Assembly: GCA_965649765.1 (NCBI GenBank)
Contig: OZ287752.1
Location: 3,286,001-3,350,000, forward strand
DNA: 64,000 nucleotides
Direction of reading: 5' to 3'
Source: Bispira polyomma
Taxonomy: Eukaryota
The translations under genes were made by a program, and so were the position numbers. Each line of letters begins with the position of its first letter. Positions within the stretch are counted from its first letter, which is position 1. The notes beneath the pieces are model-generated. The model saw nothing but the letters and a program-made list of their open reading frames with translations, searched no databases and was not told where the DNA came from. Positions 13,720 to 27,589 of this stretch are shown in pieces.

Positions 13720-14016
13720 GCCCCGGTCCCACACTAGTGGCATTGAGAGGCTATTCGGAACGGTACACATTTCATCTGGTACCTGCAGTACTCTTATCTT
13801 GGCTGTATCAATACCTGGTCTGACGATGGCGATGGATTTGAGCATGTTCAAAATTTTGGCTCCACCAAAGCGGAAACAGGTGGTAAAATGCCTCTGCCCA
13901 TTTCCGGGAAGTACCAAATTTCCGTTCCTGCAATCGTGTCTTTCAGACTATTTCCACCTATTTCCATGTGTATCTGTTTCACTATTGTAACTCTTCCTCT
14001 AGTTTGTGACCGGGGC
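13720..14016. mobile_element. Harbinger-type MITE in intron 1 (paralogues 20396-20702 and a longer 31227-31753)
   Basis: TIRs GCCCCGGTCCCACACTAG / CTAGTTTGTGACCGGGGC with TAA-like flanks. Confidence 0.75.
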
Positions 14017-14512
14017 ATAATACTATATTCTAGTGGAACTGCAATATTGCACAAGTATTAGTGTGTTACTAAAGTGAAACCAAAAGTAAGTTTGAAAAGG
14101 ACATTGGTCTGTTTGCTCTACTGTGTTACAATGAATTTTTAAAATATGTGTAAATTACGTAACAAACAATATGTAACACGTTCTTGCTTGGTCCCTTCTA
14201 TACAAATGCCGAATGATCCATTTAGGGTATTAAAGCAAATTATACAAAAGTTGTATGCTATAGACAGTTCCATTACTCATTCGATAATGTAAAACATTAC
14301 TTTCAACATTCTACAATTACAAAAAACTTGCATGATATGCCATAAACAGTTTCAAAGCACATTTAATAAATGATATAAAAGTATTGCACAAAATAAGGAC
14401 AGTTATTTAGGTTAATCTTAATGTTTTTACTTAAAAATAAAAAAAACTTATAGTACATATATATTACTGAAAAAATTTGAAAGTTACAAGATGTGTCATA
14501 TTATTATCAAAC

Positions 14513-14723
14513 CTGTGTACACAAAATGGTAACATGCATATATCTGATTACAGAGCTTTCCACAAGTCATCGAATCCTGGCACTGATTCGGCTTGTGATA
14601 CATACAAGGCAGAGTGTTGGAAAGATCTGACACAGAAGTCACTTTAATTTTCCCCGAAACAACCTTCATTGCCCAAAAAAACACAAAGGTCTCTAGCAAT
14701 ACTTGAAATGTATACAATTCCAT
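14513..14723 (-). CDS. Secreted Cys-rich PAN/apple-like protein, copy 1, coding exon 1 (signal peptide and most of the PAN-like motif)
   Basis: MELYTFQVLLETFVFFWAMKVVSG-KIKV...PCMYHKPNQCQDSMTCGKLCNQIYACYHFVYT. 211 nt with a G|GT phase-1 donor conserved in all three copies. Confidence 0.82.
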
Positions 14724-16789
14724 GCTGGCCTAACAATTGAATAATATCAATTATATCCTGTTTGTATAGACAATTTCTTCGGTTTTAAATTGATGAAGTT
14801 CTCTTAAAAACTGTAAAGGGGTATATCATTTGCTGGACAATGCTACTGTGAACACGACAATATTCTAAATGGAACACATCACGACAATGTATGTTTTATG
14901 TGAATTATGAAAAAGATACATGGTGACTGTCATTGTATTCTCTGTTTGCTTCACTCATGATTGCTGCTAGAAATAAATACCTTGCTATTTAACAAATATA
15001 TTTTTTTTTCTAAAAATAGACTATTGTTACTGAAATGTAACAATACAAAGATCTAAATGAAGATAGTTGATTGTTAAAATTTTCATGACCTTTCAACAAT
15101 TAACTAATGCAAAACACACGATTGGTAGAAATAATTGACATTATAATAACACCTTAAAATGAATTATGAAATGGAGTAAATACCAGTTGGCCGCCAAAGG
15201 TAAAACAAGTTAGTGTCATTCTGTGGATATTGCAAAAAGTGAAATCATTTCAAGTTCTATTCTGTTGGTTAGGTTTTGTAATAATAGTATAAAATTACAA
15301 CGACTGAAGTAATAAAATAAAATAATATATCCAGACAATATGTTTATTTTTTGTCTCACTGTGATCTATTCCAAAAGTTTATAAAAATGTGTGAATCAAC
15401 AATACATTGAAAATATAACTGGTATGGTTCAGTATACAATTCTGTGAGTGTGGTGAAAGGTAAAATTTGAGCTTTGGTACACGAATTGCAACTCAAAACT
15501 GGAAATCAAAAATTGAATTTTTAAAAGTAACAGTTTCTTAAAGGTGTTTTTATGTCAATTATATAAAATTATAAGGGTTTAAAAGCTATGAAAAGTTGTG
15601 TTCTGATTTTTCACCAGAAATGTAAGACATTTATGTTTGTAATATTTTTTGAGAGTGGAGCCCCCTTTACAAAATCCTAGATCCGCCTATGTAAGTGCTC
15701 ATACTAGCCACTAATTGTGTGAGTGTATCTGGACATAGGTTGGGATTGAACCCAGGTCCCCTGTGTTCCTAAGAAGTGTGTTACTCAATAACTCACTGTA
15801 ACAGTGCTATACATAACAATACAATACCTACACTCAAGGACAATATGACATAATAATTAGTAAGGGTAGTAGTACTAAAACGAATTAAAAGGCCTAATAA
15901 AGACAATCAAGTAAAATAACTTTTAAAACAATTCGACAATTGAAAAAATTATTTATATGTATGCTGATTAATTAGTAGAACCTGTATGTCTTGCAAACTT
16001 CAAGATACCCTTTATTCAAATGTCAGGAAACACAGATGGAAATCAGGTCCACTAAATGTAATACACTACCAGAAAATACAAGGCTCTAATGTTCTATTGT
16101 ACATTATATTTAAATGAGTACAGGAATAATGTATACCCATAAAAACATAAAAACAAATCAGCTGTTTATATATGTTCTGTTAAGATTAGTCTCTTGTTGG
16201 CGTCTGTGGCATAGTGGTTACATAATTTTATTGAGACTTAATCAGAGTGGTCCTTGGCCTGAAAATTTGTCCTCTGTGTAACATGCTTCATACAGCGATA
16301 TTCCTCTCCAAGTAGGTGTATAAATGCCCACTTCATTGCTTTTGGGTATTAGTCTGTGTGCCATAAGTTGTACAGGGAGCAGAGAGTGAACATTTGGATG
16401 ACAAAGTAGAAGAATCTAAGCCAAAAGTAAGTTAGATGTGACTTTATTAGGACTCGTATCCACACTATAAATCTACACATCTACACGGTTTTTCGAGAAT
16501 GGTCACTGCCCATAAATCAGCTCTTTATAATGGTTAGTTTTAACTGAGATGAGATGATCCATATCTACCATCAATGATGTACACTGAAGCTGTGGGATCT
16601 GAAGCAGCAGTTTAGCTAAAGTAAAATTGATGCCAAGAATATGTAAATGTAAAATGTAGCTTACTGCTAAATTTAGTCCTACTGCAAGTGGGATTATTTG
16701 ACATGCTTGAGACCACCTACATTGTCAGACAACACATGATAATTGATTTGATTAAGACTACTGAGAAACTTGAAAGTCACTTTAGCACA

Positions 16790-17110
16790 TTACTATCCTT
16801 TACTCCTTTACTGTCATGTACGCCTTTATTGTCTTTTACATCGTTACTGTCCTTTACGGCCAATTATTCCTTTACTGTCCTTTACTCCTTTACTGTTATT
16901 TACTCCTTTTATGTCATTTTACTGCCATTTACTCATTTACTGCCCTTTACTCATTTACTGTCCTTTACTCCTATACTGCCATTTACTCATTTATTGTCTT
17001 TTACTCCTTTACTGTCATTTACTCTTTTACTGTCATTTACTGTCCTTTACTGTCATTTTCTGTCCTTTACTGTTATTTACTTCTTTACTGTTCTTCACTC
17101 TTTTACTGTA
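16790..17110 (+). repeat. TTTACTG/TTTACTC simple repeat tract, unit 2 (longest)
   Basis: Directly visible, ~320 bp. Confidence 0.9.
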
Positions 17111-18723
17111 GCTGTTGGTAAGATTTACTTTTGATTCTCTATTGTCATATTATAATACTAATGAGGAATAGTTGACAAAAGTTTTAATGAAAAGCACAGT
17201 TGAAACATGTTAGTACTGCTTTAAAGTTGTAGATGGGGCCGTTATGAAATGCTTGGAGTCTCTGTGGTCTGCGTTTGACAGAGTTGCTCTGGGAATTACA
17301 AGGTCTCCAGTTCTCCTGGTGACACAATAATTATGATTTGAGGATAACATTATCTGGCAAGATCACACATACTTAAGATAACAATTGGCTCTGTATTTAG
17401 TTCATAATTAATGGCTTATCGGCTCTGATTTTTGTGGCAAGCATCAACAGGACCATTAAAATTCCACAGTGAACTAAGTCGGCCAGTCGTAATGTATTAT
17501 TTGCATGGCTTCTGAATAGTTGTCAGTTTTATGATGGGATGCAATCATTGAAGCAGTTCGAAAATGCCATATTGATGAACAAATAACAATAATAATCCTT
17601 GAAGCATTTAAAAGGGTCATATTAATGCGAACATCCTCTACGGTGCTCATATCCAAAAAGGTCAAGTCCAAGGTCAATCAAAATGGCTGTTATCAAAAAC
17701 TTTGTGACCAGGAGAGAAATTAATAAGGGGGGGTGGGGTGGGGTGGGGTTGGTGGGATTGGTAAGTCAATCTGAAAGGTATGTTTTAAGTTCGCTTTTGA
17801 AACCAGTGATTGTATCCCTTGATTTGGCGGTCTGTGAAAGCCTTAATCAAGCATAAATGGCTATATTTTGATAAATTGTATATTTTCTCAGTGCATCAAA
17901 AATGTGCTTATATGTTGATTTCATTTTCTATTTTCAAATTTTGAGCAATTACTTGAAATCAACTAATGGCCAGTGCTTACACTATTCTTATCGCCATGGA
18001 TTGACTGGTAAATGATGACTACCCTACAGTATATATTTTGGTTACAAGAATATCATTTGAAAATATAAACATACACCAGAAGAAAAATTTATTAATATAT
18101 ATTAGTACAAGCTTTTTAAATTTGAAAAACAAATTTTAATCTACCCTAATGTGTAAAAATTTGTTAAAGCTAAAAGTTTAAATTCTGAAAGAATCATCAT
18201 TTTGAAATAACCACCCTGTCGAAATGGCCCTCTGCACCAAGTTTCATTCTGAAATCACCCAAGTCATTTTAGTGGTAAGATATGTGTCACTTATCTGGGT
18301 TAAGGAGTCGATTTAGTGCTAGTTATTGTGATGGAAGTAACTCCACTATGTGTATGTAATAATAGTTATAATTACATCTGATTGCCTCATGTTTAACCTT
18401 ATGTTCTGAGTTCAGTCTTTCAGAATGTTTATGAACAGCTTAAGTATGTTATAGCTAAAATGTTCTTTCTTGTAAAAAGTTAATTGTCTGTTCAATGTTG
18501 TGACTATTTTTGTGATCATATTTTTTTTGCGATCATATCTCTAATATACATTGCTCTTTGTGAGAATTTTAATTCATGATACTTTATCACTGACAGAAGA
18601 TACTACATTGTGTCTTTATTACAGATGATATACTTGCAGAGCTCAGGATTATTATGTGCAGCTTATATCCTGATATAAACATCATTTCCTTGGTGGTTAG
18701 AGGTCTCTAAAAGCATTGGGTTT

Positions 18724-18908
18724 TCATTGACCACACCGCCTGGCAACACATGCGCCACCTGGTTTGTAGTTAATTACATTGCCTTTCACTGAACAGGCCC
18801 AATTTTGACACTCCCTAACTGTAGGAAAATCCTTTGCTTGAAGATAAATGCAGTTGGAAATTTTTGATGGGGAATTCCTGCTGTAAATCAGCTCAAAAAC
18901 ACACCAGT
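18724..18908 (-). CDS. Secreted Cys-rich protein, copy 2, terminal exon truncated by a +1 frameshift (ancestral stop at 18663)
   Basis: Plus strand GACCACACC versus GACACACC in copies 1 and 3. It reads ...ACVARRCGQ*, losing 20 C-terminal residues after the last Cys. Confidence 0.7.
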
Positions 18909-19592
18909 CTGAAAGTACAGCACAGAAATCAACAAACAAATAATAATTATTCATTTGATATAGCGCGTTATGAACATCACTGTTATCTAATATGTTTTGA
19001 CATTATTACCCCAGCCTGGATTTTTCCACTTGTTAACCAATTGTTCAGTCTCAGATTTCTCAGGTAGCATACTAGTTATGCTGCCACATACAGCGCACAA
19101 AGAATAACACCCATTAGCGGCCAGCTACCTATTTATATACCTTGGTAGAGAGGGAAAACTTTTTGTAAAGCTCCTTGTCCAAGGGTACAATCTCCAGGCC
19201 AGTAGCAAGGTTTGAACAGGGGCTCTGATATCACTCAGATCCGACAGGCCAGGCTAGGCCACATAGACCACAAATACATTATTAACCTTTTGTCAATAGA
19301 AGGTGGCGTTATTGTTAAATACATTCACTTATTTATTGACAAAAATTGAGTGTTGATTGTTTTGGAAACACATTATGTTTTTCCTAATACTTAAATATGA
19401 ATAAAATTGAATTATAGTTATATATAGTATTGTGGGTTTTTTATACAAATAGGTAGACATAATACACAACATAATACCAGAAACTATTGATGCAGAATGT
19501 TTTTAGGTGAAAGAAACAACAAATTTTTATATGTCTGGCTTGTTGAAAAAAATGTACAGTAATTTAAAGCACCAGCTCCCCAACATACTTAC

Positions 19593-19709
19593 TTAGCTTT
19601 TCATAGACTGGAAGTGTTGAGGCAGAAAAGACAACAGGTTGCAGGTGATCATTTGTTACACGAGATACAATAAATGGGATCCCCAGGCACAGAATACAGT
19701 TGTCTTCAG
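19593..19709 (-). CDS. Secreted Cys-rich protein, copy 2, coding exon 2
   Basis: 117 nt with AG/GT intact, reading AEDNCILCLGIPFIVSRVTNDHLQPVVFSASTLPVYEKL. Confidence 0.75.
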
Positions 19710-21182
19710 CTGTGTGTATATATGAACAGGATATTCTAGAATTTAAATATCAAGAATCATAAGCAGTAAAAGAAAAGCTTAATATTTGATTAGTGTTGCT
19801 CCCTTTTATTGTGTCCAACACTAACACAAACTTGGTAAATGTCATTGCTATTAAGACCCAAGTTTAAAATTATTTCATAGATGGACAAACAGATTAAACT
19901 TTGCAGATGGATAACTTGCAAATAGAACCCACGGTAATGTAAGGTGATGCACCCATCATCAGCAGGTTAAGTGCTTGTCATACATTTTTTGTGTAAGCAT
20001 TCTTGTTTCTATTAACCCAAAATTAAAAGTCAAGTACACAAGAGACTGTTTTATAGGACACAAATTTTATGTTTTGAGCTATAAGTTTGGATTTTGGTGT
20101 ACGATCCTGTGTATTCAACTTTCTTTCAGTGATTTCTTGTTTTACCGCTACCTGCAGATGCTGCTTTCATACTACTGATGTAGTTTTACAATATTATATC
20201 GAAACAATCAAATATGTTATTATATACAAGTTTTACTATTTTGAACTAATATTTTAGCCATTTCATGAAATGTTACCCATGCAAAACCACTAGTAATGTT
20301 ACATGCATGTATCAAAGCTGTGCTATTTTTAACTGTAGAGATATATTTATATAGTGCCTCCACAACACTAACTCTCGAGCTCCCAGTTAGTGTAAGCCCC
20401 GGTCCAACATTAGTGGCATTGAGAGGCGGTTCGGAACGGTATACATATCATCTGGTACCTGCACTCTTATCTTGACTCTATCAATACCTGGTCTGATGAT
20501 GGTGATGGATTTGAGCATGTTCAAAATTTTGGCTCCACCAAAGCGGAAACAGGTGGTAAAATGCCTCTGCCCATATCCGGGAAGTACCAAATTTGACTAT
20601 AAGTCTTCCGTTCCTGCAATCGTGTGTTTCAGAATATTTCCACCTATTTCCATGTGTATCTGTTTCACTATTGTAACTCTTCCTCTAGTTTGTGATCGGG
20701 GCATAATACTATATTCTAGTGGAACTGCAATATTGCACAAGTATTAGTGTGTTACTAAAGTGAAACCAAAAGTAAGTTTGAAAAGGACATTGGTCTGTTT
20801 GCTCTACTGTGTTACAATGAATTTTCAAAATATGTGTAAATTACGTAACAAACAATATGTAACACGTTCTTGCTTGGTCCCTTCTATACAAATACCGAAT
20901 GATTTATTTAGAGTATTAAAGCAAAAGTTGTATGCTATAGACAGTTCCATAACTCATTCGATAATGTAAAACATCACTTTCAACATTCTACAATTACAAA
21001 AAACGTGCATGATATGCCATAAACAGTTTCAAAGCACGTTCAATAAATGATAAAAAGGTATTACACAAAATAAGGACAGTTATTTATGTTAATGTTTTTA
21101 CTTAAAAATAAAAAAACTTATAGTACATATATATTACTGAAAAAATGTAAAAGTTACAAAATGTGTCATATAATTATCAAAC

Positions 21183-21393
21183 CTGTGTACACAAAATGGT
21201 AACATGCATATATCTGATTACAGAGCTTTCCACAAGTCATCGAATCCTGGCACTGATTCGGCTTGTGATACATACAAGGCAGAGTGTTGGAAAGATCTGA
21301 CACAGAAGTCACTTTAATTTTCCCCGAAACAACCTTCATTGCCCAACAAAACACAAAGGTCTCTAGCAATACTTGAAATGTATACAATTCCAT
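21183..21393 (-). CDS. Secreted Cys-rich protein, copy 2, coding exon 1
   Basis: One amino-acid difference from copy 1 (F16C), with the same donor. Confidence 0.75.
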
Positions 21394-23707
21394 GCTGGCC
21401 TAACAATTGAATAATATCAATTATATCATGTTTGTGTAGACAATTTCTTCGGTTTTAAATTGATAAAGTTCTCTTAAAAACTGTAAAGGGGTATATCATT
21501 TGCTGGACAATGTTACTGTGAAGACGTCAATATTCTAAATTGAACACATCACTACAATGTGTGTATAATGTGAATTATGAAAAAGATACATGGTGACTGT
21601 CATTATATTCTCTGTTTGCTTCATTTATGATTGCTGCTAGAAATAAATACCTTGCTATTTAACAAATATATTTTTTTTCTAAAAATAGACTATTGTTACT
21701 GAAATATAACAATACAAAGATCTAAATAAAGATAGTTAAAATTTTCATGACCTTTCAACAATTAACTAATGCAAAACACACGATTGGTAGAAATAATTGA
21801 CAATATAATAACACCTTAAAATGAATTATGAAATGGAGTAAATACCAGTTGGCTGCCAAGGGTAAACAATTTAGTGTCATTCTGTGGATATTGCAAAAAC
21901 ATGAAATCATTTTAATTTCTATTCTGTTAATTAGGTTTCGTGATAATAGTATAAAATTACTGAAGTAATAAAATAAAATAATATATCAAGACAATGTGGT
22001 TTATTTTCTGTCTAACTGTGATCTATTCCAAAAGTTTATAAAAATGTGTGAATCAACAATACATTGAAAATATAACTGGTATGTTTCAGTATACAATTCT
22101 GTGAGTATGGTGAAAGTTAAAATTTGAGCTTTGGTACATGAATTGCAATTCAAAACTGGAAATCAAAAATTGAATTTTTAAAAGTAACAGTTTCTTAAAG
22201 GTGTTTTTTTGTCATTTATATAAAATTATAAGGATTTAAAAGCTATGAAAAGTTGTGTTCTGATTTTTCACCAGAAATGTAAGACATTTATGTTTGTAAT
22301 ATTTTTTGAGAGTGGAGCCCCCTTTACAAAATCCTGGATCCTACTCATGCTCATACTAGCCACTAATTGTGTGAGAGTATCTGGTCGCATAGGTTGGGAT
22401 CGAACCCAGGTCCCCTGTGTTCCTAAGGAGTGTGTTACTCAATAACTTACTGTAACAGTGCTATACATAACAATACAATACCTACACTCAAGGACAATAT
22501 GATATAATAATTAGTGAGAGTAGTAGTACTAAAACGAATTAAAAGGCCTAATAAAGACAATCAATTAGAATAACTTTTAAAACAATTCGGCAATTGAAAA
22601 AATTATTTATATTCAAAGAAAAGTGAAGCACAGAGTACAATAGCACACATAATACCACTGATTGACAATACAAAATTACTTAGACATTTTTTGCACATTT
22701 CCAATAAATAAGGAAATACCATATATTTACTATAACATGGATTTGTATATAATACATGTTCAAATTATGCACATATTTTAAGGGACTCTACTGGAATGTT
22801 CTTCTTCTTGTTGACTGTGTAAAGTTTTTACATTTTATGATCACATTTGGTGCTAATCTTTAGTTAAGATTTGTCTGTATGCTGATTAATTAGTACATCC
22901 TTTTTGTCTTGCAAACTTCAAGATACCATTTATTCAAATGTCAGGAAACACAGATGGAAATCAGGTCCACTAAATGTAATACACTACCAGAAAATACAAG
23001 GCTCTAATGTTCTATTGTACATTATATTTAAATGAGTACAGGAATGATGTATACCCATAAAAACATTAAAACAAATCTGCTGTTTATATATGTTCTGTTA
23101 AAATTAGTCTCTTGTTGGCGTTGGTGGCATGGTGGTTACATCACTTGATTGACACTTTATCAGAGTGGTCCTAGGCCTGAAAATTGTTCCTCTGTGTAAC
23201 ATGCTTCATACAGTGATATTCGTCTCCAAGTAGGTGTATATATGCCCACCTCTTTGCTTTTGGGTATTAGTCTGTGTGCCATAAGTTGCAGAGGCAGCTG
23301 AGATTTAACATTTGGATGACAAAGTAGAAGAATCCAAGCCAAAAGTAAGTTAGATGTGACTTTATTAGGACTCGTATCCATACTATAAATGTATGCATCT
23401 ACACAGTTTTTCGAGAAAGGTCACTAACCATAAATCAGTTCTTTATAATGGTCAGTTCTAACTGAGATGAGTTGATCCATATCTACAATCAATGATGTAC
23501 ACTGAAGCTGTGGGATCTGAAGCAGCAGTTTAGCTAAAGTACTCTAGATGGCAAGAATATCTAAATGTAAAATGTAGTTTACTGCTAAATTTAGTCCTAC
23601 TGCAAGTGGGATTATTTGACATGCTTGAGACCACCTACATTGTCAGACAACACATGTTAATTGATTTGATTAAGACTACTGAGGAAATTGAAAGTCACTT
23701 TAGCACA

Positions 23708-23860
23708 TTACTATCCTTTACTCCTTTACTGTCATGTACGCCTTTATTGTCTTTTAGACCGTTACTGTCCTTTACGGCCAATTAGTCCTTTACTGTCATT
23801 TACTCCTTTACTGTCATTTACTGACTTACTGTCATTTACTCATTTACTGTCATTTACTGT
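23708..23860 (+). repeat. TTTACTG/TTTACTC simple repeat tract, unit 3
   Basis: Directly visible, ~150 bp. Confidence 0.9.
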
Positions 23861-24130
23861 ATTTAGGTCATAATTAATGGCTTATCTGTTCTTATTTTGT
23901 ACTTTAGATGGTACCAAGCATCACAGGACCAGTAAAATTCCACAGTGAACTAAGTCGGCCAGTCGTAATGTATTATTTGCATGGGTTCTGAATGGTTGTC
24001 AGTTTTTTTTTTTAGTTGGGATACAATTATTGAAGCATTTAGAAAGTGGCACATTGATAAACAAATAATAATAATCCTTGAAGCATTTAAAATGGGTAAT
24101 ATTAAAGCAAACATCCTCTAAGGTGCTCAT

Positions 24131-27100
24131 ATTGTATTGTATTGTACATTTTTAACGCACCTTATTGATGCTAGGCATTTCCTAAGGCGCAACATTAGAA
24201 TCGATCAGCCAGTAGAAAAATTCATAAACAATAGCCAGGTCGTAAGGATGGATGGGTCAGCACCCTGAAAAGATAGGTTTTGAGCTTTTTCCTAAATCCA
24301 TAAAGTGTTTCAAGCATTCAAAGTTCAACTGGAAGGTGGTTCCGTAGAAGAGGGGTGGCGACCAGGAAGGCTATTGATCCGACCCTCCATACTAGTTTTT
24401 AGAGGAAACAAAGAGTCTCTTTCCCCTTTTAAGGTTGCTGAAGGAGAGTTTGTAGCAACCTAGTGAGGCTGTTGAGAGACAACAGCTTTAAAGGTAGTTA
24501 CATGCATTTTAAGAAGAATTTAATAGTGAATTGGAAGTCAATGGAGTTGCTTGAGGTATGGAGTTACATAATTTTGAATTTGAATTTGGATATTTAACGT
24601 CCACTCTAGTACCTTTTAGTAGGTTTTATTGGGACGGGTAGTTGGAAATGCTGGAGGAAACACTGCATACAGTCGGTCAAGGTTCTGCAGAGAAACCAGC
24701 GGCCCACAGTAAGGAACTACCACCTTTCCCACATAGGCATCGACGGGATTCGAACTCACGCCGCCAAGAGGTGAGAGACCAGTGATTGTGAAGCGCAATG
24801 CTTGCTAACCACTAGGCCACCGCGGCCCCGGAGCTACATAAGTATGGATAGCCAAATGAAAGATGACTCTACATAGATCATTTTGAATGGACTTCAACTT
24901 GTTTATATGGGACTTATTAGCTCCAAAAAGGAGAGAATTACAATAGTCAAGGCGGCTACTCACAAGAGCGTTGGCCACAGTGATAGTAGTATCTAGTGAC
25001 AGATAATTTCTGATTCTTTTGAGGTCCTGAATGTGATAGTAGCAGAAGTGTCGGATGTTGTAATGCGAGGAAGAAATAAAAAAGCAGGATCAAGAGTGAC
25101 ACCTTGGTTTTTGATCTGTTCTGAAGGTGTAATCTCATTGCCCAGCAGTGTGATTGGGAAAAGTGATCTTAAGTATACACTGTGTTTCCTGTTGCCAATT
25201 AGGATGAATTCCGTTTTGTCTGGGTTTAATTTCAGTTTGGAGTAGTTCATCCACGCCTGAACTCAGAAGAGACAGTTGGCAAGTAAGTGAAGGTTGTTCC
25301 AGCATTGTCAGGGTTTCGTGGGAGATAGTTTTGAGTGTCATCAGCATACATGTGATGTTTAACATTGTGATTATTGAGAGCAAGGTACGATTTAATCCAG
25401 TCAAGGACAGTACCATCAAGACCGAACCACTGTTTTAGGGTGTCAAAGAGAAAGCCATGGTATCAAAAGCTGCAGAGAGATTGAGAAGGGTGGTGAGGGC
25501 CACAGTTACATTACGATCCAAGGCAAGGTAATGTCGTCACTGATTGAAAGTAGGACACTCTCCGTGGAGTGAAATTTTCTGTCGGCAGATTAGTAGCAGT
25601 TAGCTAGGTTTTGTTTATTAAGGTGGTCATGAATTTCTTTAGCAACAGCTTTCTCTATTAGTTTAGATACAAAGCTGAGATTAGAGACTGGTCTATAGTT
25701 TTTCAGGCCTTTTTTGTCAAGGCCTGGTTTTTTCAGCAGGGGGGTGACATATGCGGTTTTAAACCAAGAGGGAAATATACCATCTCTAAGCGATAAATTT
25801 ATGATGTTGGTGACAGGAGTTATGAGAATGTCAAGGCATTCTGTTAGAACAGCGGCAAGGATCCAGTTCACACGATTTGTTGGAGTTGGTTTTTTTTGTT
25901 TGAGAACTTCGTTTTCCGAAAGTGAGTTAAAATGTAGCAGATTTGAAACTATATAGCCTGGGGATAGTGGAGAGAACTTTAGCCTTGTTGAAAAACCTTC
26001 ACGAATTTTAGTTATTTTTCCAATGAAAAATTTGCCTACAAGAAATGTGAGGCAACTTGTTCTGCTGTGCTGTGAAGTATTTTATTTATGGAGCTCCATA
26101 ACCTTTTTGGTGAGTTTGATCGAATCATAGTGTGGTTTTTTGGCTCTGGTCATCAGGGCATTGAAGTGGTTTGTGGCGATTCTGTAGCACTTACTATCAA
26201 GTGTTGATTTTGTGCTCCGCCATAGCTGCTTAAGTTGATGCTTACGCCTTTTAGCATCCTTGATGTCTGGGTTGGTCCATTCAGGGGTGTCAAAAAGTGG
26301 AAGAGTTTTAGAAACCCAAGGAGCATGACTGTTAAGGATAGAGGACAAGGTATGGTTATATTGTAGACTTAGACTATGTCCATTTTTACAAGGGTGTTTA
26401 ATGAGGCGAAATGCAAGTATGTCATCCCAAAATTTGAGAAAGTTAATTTTTCTGATGTTGCGGAATCTAATTACTTTAGGTTTGTGTGACAGTGGTTTAG
26501 GCAGCATAAGATTTGCAAAAATGGCAAGATGGTTGGACACCCCGTCGGTAACCATATATCCTGTATCAGTTAGTGGAGATAAGTGGGAGTGGAAATAAAC
26601 TGTTTGAATTAAAAAATATTCAATAGGCTGTAGAAATCTTCGGTTGTCGTGTTATTGATATCGATTTTGATATTGAAGTCACCAAGTACAATAGATTCCA
26701 ATGAGAGGAGGTTAATTGATTCAAGGAAACTAGAAAAATCTTGATTGAAAGCAGATATGGAAGGGCTCGGTGGACGATAGAGGCAGGAAACTAAAAATGA
26801 TTGAGATCCATTTGAAATTTTGCAGGTAATACATTCAAAAGATGGAGAGTCATCAGTATTGAGAATTTTACTTGAAAGGCTACTCTTGACAAAGATAACA
26901 ACACCCCCCCCTCCTGCTTGACAGGCCTAGGTGAGTGGTGCAATCTATAACCTGAAGGTGTGATATCAGAAAGGAATGCATAAATATCCTTAGGGCTGTG
27001 CCAGGTCCCAGACACACAGGCCACATCAAGGTCGTGGGTTTCAATAAGGGCGCTGACTGAAGGCGCCTTACTGCGGATGAATCTGGCATTGAAGGCACCA

Positions 27101-27500
27101 ATTTTTAGATTTGATTGGAAAGGACCAGGGTTTATTTGACCATCGCCACAGAGAGCGGTAAGTAAGGGAATCAAAGAGTTTTTGACACGGGGGTTTAGAT
27201 GCCGAAAGAGGTAGATCTGAAACAGAGGAAGGAAGAGTTTATGTTGTCTAATGGTGGTAGAAAAGAATGGCAGATTTTGATTTGAAAGGGATATTGTTGG
27301 TAAAAATTTGGACAAGAGTTCCAAAAAAGGATCCTAGTGATGGCTAGAATAAAGCAAGGCAGCAGTATTTTCAACATGATTGAAGACAGGAGAAAGTACA
27401 TACAGATGTGTTTTGAGCCTTTTTCTGAAACCCATGATGCTTGTCCCAGTTCGAAGACTGGTAGGGAGGCTACTTCACTCAGCAGGTGCTGCAACTAAGA
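24131..27500 (-). mobile_element. L2/CR1-clade LINE, degenerate ORF2 (APE endonuclease and RT), inserted in unit 3
   Basis: INPGP..LKIGAFNAR, YRPPS and LGDFNI (endonuclease); FKTAYVTPLLKKPGLD...NYRPVSNLSFVSKLIEK and MNYSKLKLNPDKTEFILIG (RT). (TACAA)n tail at 24131. Absent from units 1 and 2. Confidence 0.92.
24572..24829 (-). mobile_element. Young tRNA-derived SINE nested in the LINE
   Basis: GGGGCCGCGGTGGCCTAGTGGTTAG head, GAGTTCGAATCCC B-box and CCAAATTCAAATT tail. TSD GGAG(T/C)TACATAA. Confidence 0.92.
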
Positions 27501-27589
27501 ATGATTTTGAACCAGCTTGTTTTTTTGGTAGGAAACCAGAGGTGGAGAGACGATTGCCTCTGGTGAGATTGCTGACAAACAGCATAGAT

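Noticed and set aside
13544-14054. Overlapping ORFs conserved in all three units (also 20387-20747 and 31257-31610)
   Set aside because: They lie in a TIR-bounded MITE in intron 1, and the frames are broken by indels between copies.
16688-17134. 148-aa Leu/Phe/Thr-rich ORF and its paralogues at 10464 and 23688
   Set aside because: These are translations of the TTTACTG simple repeat. Several frames are open and the length is not conserved between units.
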